Part shown: piece after piece, positions 10,451-21,369 of the stretch
How positions within the stretch are numbered: position 1 is the stretch's first letter
How the letters are laid out: each line of letters opens with the position of its first letter
NCBI GenBank assembly: GCA_964036045.1
Contig: OZ038379.1
Location: 24,490,001-24,554,000 of the forward strand
Direction: 5' to 3'
DNA: 64,000 nt
DNA from: Eutreptiella sp. 'Long Island Sound 2002'
Lineage: Eukaryota > Protista > Euglenida
Translations under genes and position numbers: made by a program
The notes under the pieces: generated by a model
What the model saw: the letters and a program-made list of their open reading frames with translations, nothing else
Database searches by the model: none
What the model was told of the DNA's origin: nothing

Positions 10451-11656
10451 TTCCTCACACAGTGGCTGTGCATTCTTGCGCGATGGTACGAGCACCCAGC
10501 TCCAACCCTCCCCACGCCCGAAGTGCGGGACATGCACCGAGCAATCGCATCCCTCAAGGAAACAGGAAAGTTGCAGCACCACAGGCTCAGCCAACCTCAC
10601 CCGCCCCCCCCCAGGCTCCGCAACCCGCGGCCCAGGAAACGCAAAAAAGACATGTATGGTCCAGCGATGGCGGAGGTGCATCAGAAGATCATTGATGAGT
10701 ATGTGGCGGAGGGACGGGAAGCCATCTACCCGGACGGCTCGTCGGAGGTCCATCCGGAGGCGGGAATGGTGGGGGGGTTTGGGGTATATTTCGGGGATCA
10801 CCGGGACACGGCACAGTGCATGCCCATCACACAGAAACAAACAAATAACAGGGGAGAGCTCCTCGCGGCCATACATGCCATTCGCCATAGGACACAGCAC
10901 AAGCGCACACTGACCTGCTCTGATTCAAAACTAGTGGTCATGGGGGCCACAGGCAAAGCCAGCAAATGGCGGCGCCATGACTGGCAAGGTTCGCGGGGGC
11001 CGGTGGGCCACGTGGACCTGTGGGAGCAACTCCTTGGGGAAATTGAGCAGGCAGGGGCAGCGGTACGGTGGCTGCACGTCCCCTCACACGTTGGCATTGT
11101 AGGGAACACACACGCGGACACACTGCCTGACATGGGCCGCCGCAAATCCCCCCTCCTCCGAGGGTATGTCACCTCAGCCCGGCGCCCACAGCAGGAGGGG
11201 CAGGCACAGGAACAGGAAGACGAGTCCGACCTGGATGAGCCACCCATGTTTTCTCCGGAGGAGCGGGCGGCCAGCCCGCCTCCTCATGGCACCCCCCCCC
11301 CCCGACCCCCTGCAGACAGGGAGTTACTCCACTGCTGGAAGTCGAGGACTGCACCCCAGCTTCCAAGATACCACGCCACTCACCAGGCTGTACTGACCCG
11401 GCCTCTGGATGGAGGTCGCGGGCGGTCTCCTGCTCACCACGGGAAACACCAATGCGTGATGTCACGCAGGAACTCTTCCCCTCGTCAGCCTCCCCCTCCT
11501 CCCCAGGCAGTTGTGATGAGGCCTGGCCGGCACCCAGATCACCGGCAACGGCCCCCACGATCACGTGCAGCACGGAGGGCTCACGGTGTGGAACACCGGA
11601 CCCCAGCCGCCCTTTGTTTGGCACGCCATAAAGCACGCGACCCCACACCCCCATAG
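10412..11656 (+). CDS. Element B C-terminal ORF containing cellular-type RNase H1
   Basis: IYPDGS, GGFGVYFG, QTNNRGEL, SDSKLV, HVDLW, HVPSHVG and GNTHAD at ~10720-11150. Confidence 0.9.
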   Translation: MRSNSETPPTWDVFLTQWLCILARWYEHPAPTLPTPEVRDMHRAIASLKETGKLQHHRLSQPHPPPPRLRNPRPRKRKKDMYGPAMAEVHQKIIDEYVAEGREAIYPDGSSEVHPEAGMVGGFGVYFGDHRDTAQCMPITQKQTNNRGELLAAIHAIRHRTQHKRTLTCSDSKLVVMGATGKASKWRRHDWQGSRGPVGHVDLWEQLLGEIEQAGAAVRWLHVPSHVGIVGNTHADTLPDMGRRKSPLLRGYVTSARRPQQEGQAQEQEDESDLDEPPMFSPEERAASPPPHGTPPPRPPADRELLHCWKSRTAPQLPRYHATHQAVLTRPLDGGRGRSPAHHGKHQCVMSRRNSSPRQPPPPPQAVVMRPGRHPDHRQRPPRSRAARRAHGVEHRTPAALCLARHKARDPTPP

Positions 11657-12592
11657 GTTTAGACTCCATAACCGTCAGACACCCCAAACAGGACAAGAGA
11701 CCGACACAGCCCAGTAGTGAGAGCGGTAGTCTTCAGTCGTCCAGTGCGCGGGTTCGATCCCGGGAGCTGGTGCTCTTGGGATCCCTGCACGTAGAGCTCT
11801 CTAGTCGGCGTCGTGGGAACCACCCCCCCCTACAGCAACCCGCGCCACCACCGGTACCGGTGGATCGGGTGGAGGTCTCGTCTGTTTTGCCCCAACCCCC
11901 AAAAAGTGACACGCAGGATCCACACACACCTGCAGCAGTGCGCGCCGCCACCTGTACTCGAACAAGTCGATGGGAGGTCCCGTCCGGTATTCGAAGGGAT
12001 CGGTGGGAGACCACCGATCCCGGGACTCGAACCACCTCCCTCACGGCAAACGCCGGGTGCGCTGCCACTTGACCGGCCGCCTTCTGAGAAGCACCGGAAC
12101 TTGGCACAGGGAAGGACCACACACGCAAACACACTCACCACACATGCAGGCGCCTCGGCGCCGCCCAGCCTTCCCACCCTCTGTATAGCCGTATGTTGAC
12201 CCCCGAAAAGCCAGTACCCACTGGGGTTTTTAAATCCTAAGGACCTAAATAGCCCAGGGCCGGTGGTAGCGGCCCACAGAGGCACCTCTGACCGCCCCAC
12301 CCCCCACGACCAGGTGACCCGGAAACACAAGTGTGTGGCCGAGAGGGGCCAGCGCAAGCGAGCATGCCAGTGCGACGGTGGGAGCCAAAGTGGGACACAA
12401 CAAACGCTACGCCCCAAACTCAGTCCGAAGGCGACAATGCCCTGAACCCTGTAGAAGCAGCCTGACTCTTACCCCATCCAGGGACGAGGGAAGGGACGAA
12501 GTGCAAAGCACTGTCTGCGTGACACGAACAATCATGGAACTGAGATGGCGATGAAGGTCGTGAGGCAGGCGCGGCTGGAGCTAAGTGGCGGG

Positions 12593-15500
12593 TCCACACC
12601 TGACCAATTGAGGCCCCCAGCCTGGTCCCCGCTTCCCCCACACGACCACTCCCCCGTAGCTTGCCTGCACTGCGGCACCTTGCTCCCCCGCGCCAGCCTC
12701 CCAGCCTGCCCGCTATGCGACCACTCGGGCTTCCTCCTGCTACAACGAATCCCTTCCCTCACCCTCCCGCCCGAACTCCTCCAGCTCCTCCCCTCGCTCC
12801 CTTCCTGTGCCCCAGCCATCCCGCCGGCAGCCATCCTGGCGTCCCTCCCCGTGATCGCCGACTGGCTGGAGCAGTTCCCCCCCTCCATCCACGCCACCGC
12901 GTTCCGAGTCACGCCGCCGCTCCATCTCGGCCCTTACTGGACTAGTTTCTGGTCCCACGACTACACTGCAGACTGGACCACCACCCCCCCAGCCCACAAC
13001 CCTCCTCCCCTCTACTACTGGCGCCACCCCAGCGCGGGCGGCCCATGGGCGATCGGCCCTAACCTACCAGGTATGCCTACCGTCATCTCCGCGCCCTGCC
13101 CCACTTGCGGCCGCCCGTCGCCGCACGACGCCTCAGTCGAGCTACCCGCCCCCCCCCCCCCCCTCACCCGCCCCCGACTCTTCTGTGTGCACCCCCAGAG
13201 GCATGCGCCCTTCTGCACCCGGGCCCTAGCCCCGCGCTGCACCCTCACGTATCACGGACTACATCTCGATGGCGCAGTGCCGGTTTACGCCCTCCCCTGG
13301 TCCACCCTGTGCGCCCCACTCCTTCCGCAGCTCCTGCTCCCCCCCCCCCCCCCGCCGTATCTTCGGGCACTGCCCCCTCCGGCCCCTTCCGAGGCCGACC
13401 TCGTCCAGCCCACAGCCCTCACCTTCATGACTCACAATTGGGGGGGCATCGTACTCCAAACCGCCCTTGCGCGCCTCTGGGTAGACGCGCTCAGCCCCGA
13501 CATCCTCTGTTGGCACGAACTGTGGGACGTCAGCGCCGCTCGGGCGGCCGTGCCCCCCGCGTACGAAGCCATGTGGAGCACGGCAGATGGCGCTGGGACC
13601 GGTTTCGTGATCGCCTGGAAAAGGACACTACGCCGGCGCCCCGAGGAAGCCACGCTGGTGTTTGATGGCGAACACTGGATGGCCGCCCTGCTCCCCCTGT
13701 GGCATGTTGGTCGACTGTTGGTGATCAACGTCCACCTCCACCCCAAGATCCCCTACCGCGAATGGCTGCAGCAGGTCCGTCGCATGGAACAGCTCCGGCG
13801 AGACTTGCAGCCTTCCTACACCTATCTCGCGGGGGACCTAAACGCCACCGACGTCCCAGGTACCCCCCTCTCCTCAGCACTCTCCCCGTCAGGCCCGCTC
13901 CGCGATTACCACCGAGTCCTCCCTGCAGGCACCACCACCAATCACACCAAGGTCAAGGGCATACGCCGGGCCACAGCCATAGATCACGCCTTCATCCACG
14001 GCCCGGTCGCCGAAGCCCGGCACCAGCTACTATCGTCCCGCAGCTCCCACGCCGTCATTGTCATCACCGTCACTCTCCTCACCAAGTCCGCTGACGCGTG
14101 GGCCTGGCGCCGCTTTCGATGGCGTCAAGCCAGCCCCTCGGACATGGATGCCATGGGGGCCGCCCTGGACCTAGTTTGGGGCTGGCTAGCCCTCACCCCA
14201 GCGCTACCGGACGACTACGTCGCAGCACACCATGAGGTGACGTCGCAGCTTATCCCCTGCCCCCCAGACACGCGCCAGCTCATGCTCCGCCTAGCCCAGC
14301 GCCGTTTCCCTCCTGGGCCCGACCAGCTGGACCAACAGCTTGCTGATCTCCGGGAGGCAGCGGAGGCTCGCGGCATCCTGAGCCGCCTGGACGTCCTTCG
14401 CGCGGCCTCCATCACAGCGGCCACACGCACAGCCCTTCACCTCCCCTCCCCCCGGGCCCCCTCGAGCCGTTCAGCGGCATCCTCCCCCGCCCAGAGGCCT
14501 TCCTTCCCACCAGGGAGGCCCGCCTCAACGAAGTCCTCCGCCAGTCCACAGCGCAAACATGCAACCGATTCCTGCACCTCGACCACGAGTTCTTTGCAAC
14601 CCACTGCGACCCCTCCGCGTGGGCCCACATGCGCCGCCCGTCCCTCGAACTGCCCACAGTTCACCTGCTAGCCCTCCTACGGGCTGGCCTCCCACCAAAC
14701 CACCCCGACACGCCCCGGAACTTCCTCCAGAACCTCAACTCCCGCCCGCTGCTGACGCCTGAGTCCCTGGCCCACCGGCGCCTGGGCAAGCGCACCCTGG
14801 CGGTGTCATCGGACAACGTCACCCGCTCGCTGCTCTTTCGGGCAGGAGGGGGGGTCCAGCAGGGCCTGCACCACTCCCTGCTTCAAGCTGAGGTGGGCAC
14901 CCCCACGGTCCTCAATGAGACTGTGCGCTACGGCATATACAAGGGCAAACCCAGCAAACCCCTGCCCCGTCATCTCGCACGCTCATTCCGACCAGTCGAC
15001 GTCGAGTCCGCGGCCTCCGGAACGCTCTCCGGCATCGCCTCCGACCGACTCGCCGCCAACCTAGAGGTATCGGGCGCCTACACCCCAGTCGTCTTCTCCT
15101 ACCGCACCGGTCAGAGCTCCGCCTTCATGGTCCTGCTCGGCAGAGCGGCGGTCTACACCAGCCTCCTAGAGCACAGCTCCTGCGCGATCTGTGACTGGGA
15201 CGTGTCTGACGCGTATTTACGCATTGTACGAGAGTTCACACAACGTCTCCTCGGCTGTCTGCCGCACGTGTGGGACTACTCGCAGTGGGCCCACGACTTC
15301 TACAGCCGCCTAGTCATACGGGTGATCACCCGTGCGGGTTTCGCCCCCCCCTTCTCCACGGGAGAGGGCGGCAACCAAGGGGACGCGTTTGTAGCCCTGC
15401 ACTATCAGGCCCCCAGCCACGTCCTCACCCTCTCCCTGGCCATCGACTGGTCCGTGTCGCTCCCACTCCGCCTTCCGGGCCACAGCGTCCCCCTACCGGC

Positions 15501-16152
15501 GACCACGCTGGTCTACAGCGACGACCGACGCTTTCTGGCCCCCACTCTCCCTGAGGTGGTGGCCATGGCCGACGCCAGCCGCGACGCATCCCGCAGGGCT
15601 GGCAGGATCGTCCACCCCGACAAGCTCGAGTACTTCCTCGCCCGCCTAGGGCACCACGGCATCTCCCTGGAGCGCAGCCTGGTTCCGGACTCCGAGATGT
15701 ACACCAGCACCACGCCTCCCGAGCTCGTAGGTATCCCCCTTCTCCCCGAGCTACCGCTGCACCGCTCCGCCAACAAAGCCCTTACCGCGCTGCGCAACGT
15801 CCACAAGTCCACAGCCCGCGGTCCGGCATCCCCAGCCCTTCGCCTCCGATCCCTTCACTCCTTCGGACCGTCGGTCCTGGACTACGTGGCCAGCGGCGTC
15901 CTTTTCGCACCGGACACCCTGCGCCCCCACCAACGCATCACCGACGCCGTGTACTCCGCTGCCTTTCGTCTCCCCCCCTGGGTTCACCGGTCCCTCCTCC
16001 GCCTGCCCTTGGCCTCGGGAGGCTTTGGCTCCCCCGACGTGACCCTGCGCTCCCACCTGCACCTCCTCACCTCCTACCTGCGGGCGTCCTGGAGCACCAA
16101 CCTCTTGGCCGTGGCCGCATCCCACCTCCTCCTCCCCCCCCCCCCCCCCGGG
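12593..16152 (+). pseudogene. Element A ORF2: Cys-rich region, AP endonuclease and reverse transcriptase
   Basis: APE motifs THNWGG, HELW, YLAGDLN, TAIDHAF and SSHA (13420-14060); frameshift in poly-C at ~14455; RT motifs FRPV, DWDVSDAY, GGNQGD and YSDD (15514-15525); thumb LPLASGGFG. Confidence 0.9.
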
Positions 16153-17430
16153 CTCTGTCGGCCCAAATTTCAGCCACCACAAAGCGAGGGTGCAGGCCGT
16201 GGGCTGGTTCCTCTTGGGGACCAGGAAACAGGGGAGCAGACCTTTTGCTGCCCCCACCCCCCCCAACAGAAATGGGGCCGGACCGAAAGCAGGCCCAGCA
16301 CCCCCCCCCCCCCCCGCATGCCCTCGCACCCTCACTGCAGGCCGTCACATGGTGATCGAGGTCCCTCAGGGAGCGGACTCCGAGCGACAAGTATGTTGGG
16401 ATCTGGGACCCGCATGGTAACCCAGCAGGTGGTCCTCCTCTCCCACACAAGTGAACAGGTAGACCCATCCACCACCCTACCCCCCCCCCCCCCCCCCCAG
16501 CCTGCGCCCCCGACGGGAGGGGTGCACGGAGTCGGCGCCCTCAGGGCCTAAAAGTGGAGGCTGTGAAGGGCTCACAGCTTGACCGCTGTGGGTATCCCTT
16601 GAGCGGCCTGCCCAGGGAACCTCCAGGTGTGCACGTGCCCCTCCAACTTCATCACAGACGCCTAGGCCAGCACAGCCCCGTGCACTTTAGTGCAGTTGTG
16701 GGTGACCCCTGGAGGCCAGACAGCCACCAGCCGACCCCTGCCCCCCCCCCCCCTTCCTCAACGGAGAGGCCATTCGGGTGTGGTGCCCTCTGGGCCCCCT
16801 CGTCTACGCGGGCTGTAGCGCCGCAGCCAGTGCAGCCAGCACTGGTGGCACCCAGGGCAGGGAAGCACACTCTGCGCCTTGGTGCCCCTCCATCTGCCCA
16901 GGGTACGCCCTCGGCCGTGGGAGCCGGACCCAGCCCGCGAGGCAGCACCACCTGTGCCTAAGGCAGTCAAGGAGTGCGGGTCTGACCCCAGTCGTGCCAC
17001 GTACCACCGCCTTCCCGTGCCAATAGGCAGTCGTGGAGTGGTTGGGTAGCATGTCCTTGTGACGTGGAGGTTGCGAGCCCAGGCCCACATCTCCCCCGGC
17101 GGGCTCAGCGTCAGGCTCTCCAGCCTCCCTGCCGGGGCCTGGAGCACCAGGCACACACTTCCCCGCGCCAACGCTAAACAACAATGGAGCCAGCAGGTGT
17201 GCCACAGCCCTCCCCCCCCCCCCCTCAGACACACAAGGGCACATACACACAGGCACGGCGGCATCTCCCGCCCGCGAGCGCCACCGCGGGGTCTGGGGGC
17301 GGTCAACAGTCCGGTAGGCCTTGTGACCGGACACCCGGGTACGGCCGCCCAGTCGGGTCCCGCAGGGAAGGCGGCGCGGACCGTGGGTAGGCGACCAGGC
17401 GAGGCCTTGACCCAACCCAACCCAACCCAA
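16153..17430 (+). mobile_element. 1.28 kb SINE-like/non-autonomous retroelement, copy 2
   Basis: Same 5' start and (CCCAA)4 tail; flanked by a Cn-GGG direct repeat; splits the RT thumb from RNase H in element A. Confidence 0.85.
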
Positions 17431-19119
17431 CCCCCCCCCCCCCGGGCTGGCTGGCTCCCTGAAGGTTTGCGCCTGCGACAACAGCTCCGCCCCCTGGAAG
17501 TCGCCCTGCACCCGTGCCCCTCACCCGCCCTCGAGGAGGTCCAGTTCTACAGCTCCGGCGACATCACCCTCCTCGGCGCCATGCACCACATCGTCGCCGC
17601 GACGGACGGCAGCCAGATGCACCACCGTCTGGGGGCTGGAGTCGCCCTGTGGCACCCGACTGCCGGCATTTTTTACCGGCTGTGGTTCGGGGTACCGACC
17701 GGCGCAGGCCACTCCACTGACTCAGAGTGGCTCGCCAAAGTGACACTGTTCTTCCTCCTCGGGGACTGGAGCGGCACAGTGCTGCTCGCCACCGACTCCA
17801 CCGCAGCGCTAACAGCCAACTTAACACGGTCCCCACGTGCCGGCACCTTACTCCTTCTCCCCTTCCGCGCCGCGCTCATCCAGCTACAAGCGCAAATCCT
17901 GGAGGTATGGCTGCCGGCTCAGCACGACACCGGCGCGACCACCCTCCTCGCCCAGCTCAACGCCGAGGCCGATCGCCTGGCAGACCGGGGCGCGCGCGAG
18001 GCGCGCCTGAATGCCGTGCCTTGGCTCCCCCTCTTTTCCGGTCGCGTCCCGGCCACGCACCAGGGCCGCCTCGTCCTCGACCCCCGGAAAGCGGCCGAAG
18101 CAATCACCCTCCAGCACCACGAAGCCGAGTTCACCCGACATTTCCCACCACCAGACCCCACCTGGTCGTCATCCCATATCATCGACGCCATCGACAACGC
18201 CGCCATCGAGCCCAGAGCGATCCACACGACCATGCTCCACCGCTTGCTCTGAGTCCAGCGCCACCCCCCAGGGTATGGCGGGGTAGTCTGCCCCTACTGC
18301 CACCTCGCACAGCCCGACGTGACCGACCACCTGCTGCGCCGCTGCCCCCCTTTTTTCCTACAGTACCTCGCTCTTGCCTGGCGCCTCTTGCGCCACCCGG
18401 AGGTCTTCCCCCTCCTGTCCCCGTCAGCCGGGTCCGCAGACCTTCACCTGGGGACTTTCCTGGCCACCCCAACACTGGTGGTTGGCCTGACGTGGAACGC
18501 CCTGCCCCCCCCCCCCCCCCGCGCCGTTCTCAGCGGCAGCCCGCGCCAGCTGCTCCTGGATCTCAATGGCACCTGGAAGGTGGCCAGCGAAGACCCCCGG
18601 CACCCTCCCCTCCTCCACGCACAACGAGCCGCGGTAGCGGCCGACCATCACGTCGCCCTCGCGCAGCAGCCCCCCACACTGCGCCAAGCCCTCGATGCAG
18701 CCCCCTCCCTCTGGACCCCGACCCCTTCCCCCCTTCCCGCGCCCGTCCTCGCCACCTCCGCAACCCACACCCTCGGCCTCCGCGACAGCGTCGTCCTCGG
18801 ATGGCTTCTGCGGCTATGCCGCTCTTGGCAACTGAGCACGGGCCCAGCACCCTGCATCCCCCTACCTCCAGCGTCTCCCCCGCAGACTGCAATTTCATGG
18901 GTCGTCAACGCCCTCGGTTGCGCACCGCAGGAGGCCGTCCGCATGGCAGCATCGGCCCCGGAAGACAGCAGCCTGGTGCCGCTAGCACGGGCGTGCGACC
19001 TCCCCATAATTCAGGCGCAACTTACGGAGTACCTTTCGACCCTAGCCCTACCCGACAAACTCTCGGTGGGGCGCGCCAGTGGCGCGCCTCTGGACATGCA
19101 TGACTGGCCCGAAGCGTGA
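17431..19119 (+). pseudogene. Element A ORF2: RNase H, CCHC zinc finger and C-terminus
   Basis: ATDGS (17599), STDSE, ATDSTAA, NAEADRLA; TGA at 18250-18252, then in-frame CPYC-x8-H-x4-C. Confidence 0.85.
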
Positions 19120-19717
19120 ACGACCACCGTCCTAGTGCACGCATTGCCCGCCCTGCCTTGCCACTCGCACCACACAACGGCGATGCGATGCGCGTGCGCA
19201 CGGGACTTGGGGGCCGCCACACAGCCACGAAACATCCCCCAGGACACCACGCCGCAGGCAAACAGAACCGCTAGGCCCCGTTTTCTTGAGGTGAAAACAT
19301 GTTGGGGCAAGGCGGGAAGCTGTGGCACTTCGCGGACCCCGTTGTGCCTTGCCGGCAGCTCCCTCACAGACACCGTCCAGGCCGACTCCGGCGGCACACT
19401 GACGCCCCTGCACAGGTGAGCCCCCTACAGCCCTCACGCCCCAGCCCACATCGAATGCGGACCCCCCCCCCCCCCGAAACACGGCAAGTCTCGGCCCCCG
19501 GTGGCTCGGGGTGCCCCCACGGGCCGCCCGCTTCGACCTTTCCAGGCGGGACCGAGTAAGCCGCCATGTGGCGGTTGGGAGCCCCTCGTTTTCTGGGTCC
19601 CCCTCCGGCTATGCTGGAGCCTCGGGCAGGTCGTCCTGAACCTGAACCTGAACCTTCAGCTCGCTTCGCTCGACAGACGGCTCGCTTCGCTCGACGCGGG
19701 GGCCAGCCCCCGCACCC

Positions 19718-20200
19718 CCCTTAAATAACATGACTCCTGCGGTGGCCACAGACCGCCTTTTGTGTGCACCGCCTTGTGTGTGCACCGCCTTTTGTGTGTA
19801 CCGCCTTGCCTGTGGCCCCTTAAATAACAAGACTCCTGCGGTGGCCACAGGCCGCCTTTTGTGTGTTCCGCCTTGTGTGTGCACCGCCTTCTGTGTGTAC
19901 CGCCTTGCCTGTGGCCCCTTAAATAACAAGACTCCTGCGGTGGCTACAGACCGCCTCTTGTGTGTTCCGCCTTTTGTGTGTTCCGCCTTGTGTGTGCACC
20001 GCCTTCTGTGTGTACCGCCTTGCCTGTGGCCCCTTAAATAACAAGACTCCTGCGGTGGCTACAGACCGCCTCTTGTGTGTTCCGCCTTGTGTGTGCACCG
20101 CCTTCTGTGTGCACCGCCTTGCCTGTGGCCCCTTAAATAACAAAACTCCTGCGGTGGCCACACGCCGCATTTTGTGTGTTCCGCCTTGTGTGTGCACCGC
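19718..20200. repeat. Nested minisatellite, 5 units (same family as 2330-2960)
   Basis: Heads at ~19718, 19818, 19917, 20031 and 20131. Confidence 0.95.
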
Positions 20201-20376
20201 CTTTCCCCCCCCAAACCCCCCTCCCTACCTTCTCGACCCCCCCCCCCCTACCTCCCCCCCCCACCCCCTTCTACCTCCCCCCCTACCTCCCCCCCTACCC
20301 CCCCCAAACCCCCCCCCTACCCCCCCCTACCTCCAAGGTAGGGGGGGGGGCGACTTCGTGCGATGTATGTACCAAC

Positions 20377-20800
20377 TTTGGCAATGCGGGAGACCTGGAG
20401 AAGGTGTTCACCCAGCTCGTTGCCCAGACATCAACGCCCGAGATCCGCTGGCACTCCCTGCGCCGAATGGGGGCTGCCTAGATCTGGGCAAGTTGGTGTC
20501 AGGGGAGTGCGCTGCAGTTGGTGGGTGGCTGGAAGACGCCCGCCATTGCCCTCCATTATGCAACCCCAAGCCATAGATGTGTGAGCGCACCCGAGACTAG
20601 CCCGTGCCACTGACGGAGTTCGGGGTCATCCACACGACGCATGGGCAGTGGAGCAGCAGCCACTGGTGGCCAGCTTGGCTGTGTAAGGAGATCCGTGATT
20701 TTCGGCCTGGCAGACGTGACGGGGAGATTGTGGGCGAGCCCAAAAGAGGAACTACAGGGGCCGAACGGCCAAGAACGACGCCGGCGTCCGACTGAGAAGT
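20377..20800 (+). pseudogene. Tyrosine recombinase, C-terminal part
   Basis: FGNAGDLEKVFTQL...RWHSLRRMGAA*IW...VGGWKTPAIALHY gives HxxR, W and catalytic Y; joins 2130 in frame through GTACCAAC; internal TAG at 20479-20481. Confidence 0.85.
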
Positions 20801-21369
20801 CCCACAGCAAGCAGCCAGCAGAGATGACAATGATACCGATGGAGAGTATCTGTTCGAGGAGGACGACGACTAAAGGGGTGCAAGGGGATCCCATAGCAGT
20901 GGGTGGAGAGGAGCAAGGTGACGACCAAGACAACTGTGACCTCTGCCGGGCAGTATTAAAGGTGGGGGAGCACGGTAATGTGGAACCTCACCACCAACCT
21001 TGACTAAACGTAGCATTGCTTTCGTTGGTCCATGGGGTGTTGGATGTGGCAAGAGTGGATGGAATGCGTGTGTCAGGGTTGGCGGCGGCGTTGGAGACCT
21101 TCTCCCAAGTGGGATTGTCACATGCAAGCATGGACAGTTATTACCCGGGCGAGGAGGAGCCCAGTCAAGCGGACCCTGAAGTGGCAAGCAGGGGTGTCGG
21201 GGAGATCGGAGATGTGAAGGTCGCACCGAGCCTATGGAAAGTTGGGTGCCACGGGGACTTCGTGAACGGTACTAGGAGTGGGGAGAAATTCAGAAACCCA
21301 TGAAATCGAAAGGACGTGGAGTACACGAAATGCTGGAGGTCATAAGGCAGCTTGGGGGGGGGGGTTGAA

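Larger units (their letters stand above)
7039..12592 (+). mobile_element. Element B insertion (5'-truncated L1/Tx1-like non-LTR element plus ~0.9 kb unexplained 3' sequence)
   Basis: 8-bp TCCACACC at 7031-7038 and 12593-12600; removing the insert restores the element A ORF2 frame. Confidence 0.75.
4149..19654 (+). mobile_element. Element A: non-LTR retrotransposon (ORF1, then APE-RT-RNase H-CCHC) with a (CTGAAC)n 3' tail
   Basis: Domain motifs listed in the following features; 3' tail CCTGAACCTGAACCTGAACC at ~19636-19654 abuts TTCAGCTCGC of the host TIR element. Confidence 0.85.
4087..20361. mobile_element. Copy 2 of the TIR/minisatellite element (4087-4148 plus 19655-20361), split by element A
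   Basis: Left GCACGAAGTCG-Cn-TACCT (4087-4116) and right AGGTA-G10-CGACTTCGTGC (20336-20361) are inverted repeats; GTACCAAC direct repeats at 4071-4078 and 20369-20376. Confidence 0.7.

Noticed and set aside
2268-20330. Arrays at 2.3-3.0 and 19.7-20.3 kb as LTRs of element A
   Set aside because: Element A ends in its own (CTGAAC)n tail before the right array, and the arrays fit a separate TIR element. No PBS, PPT or integrase.
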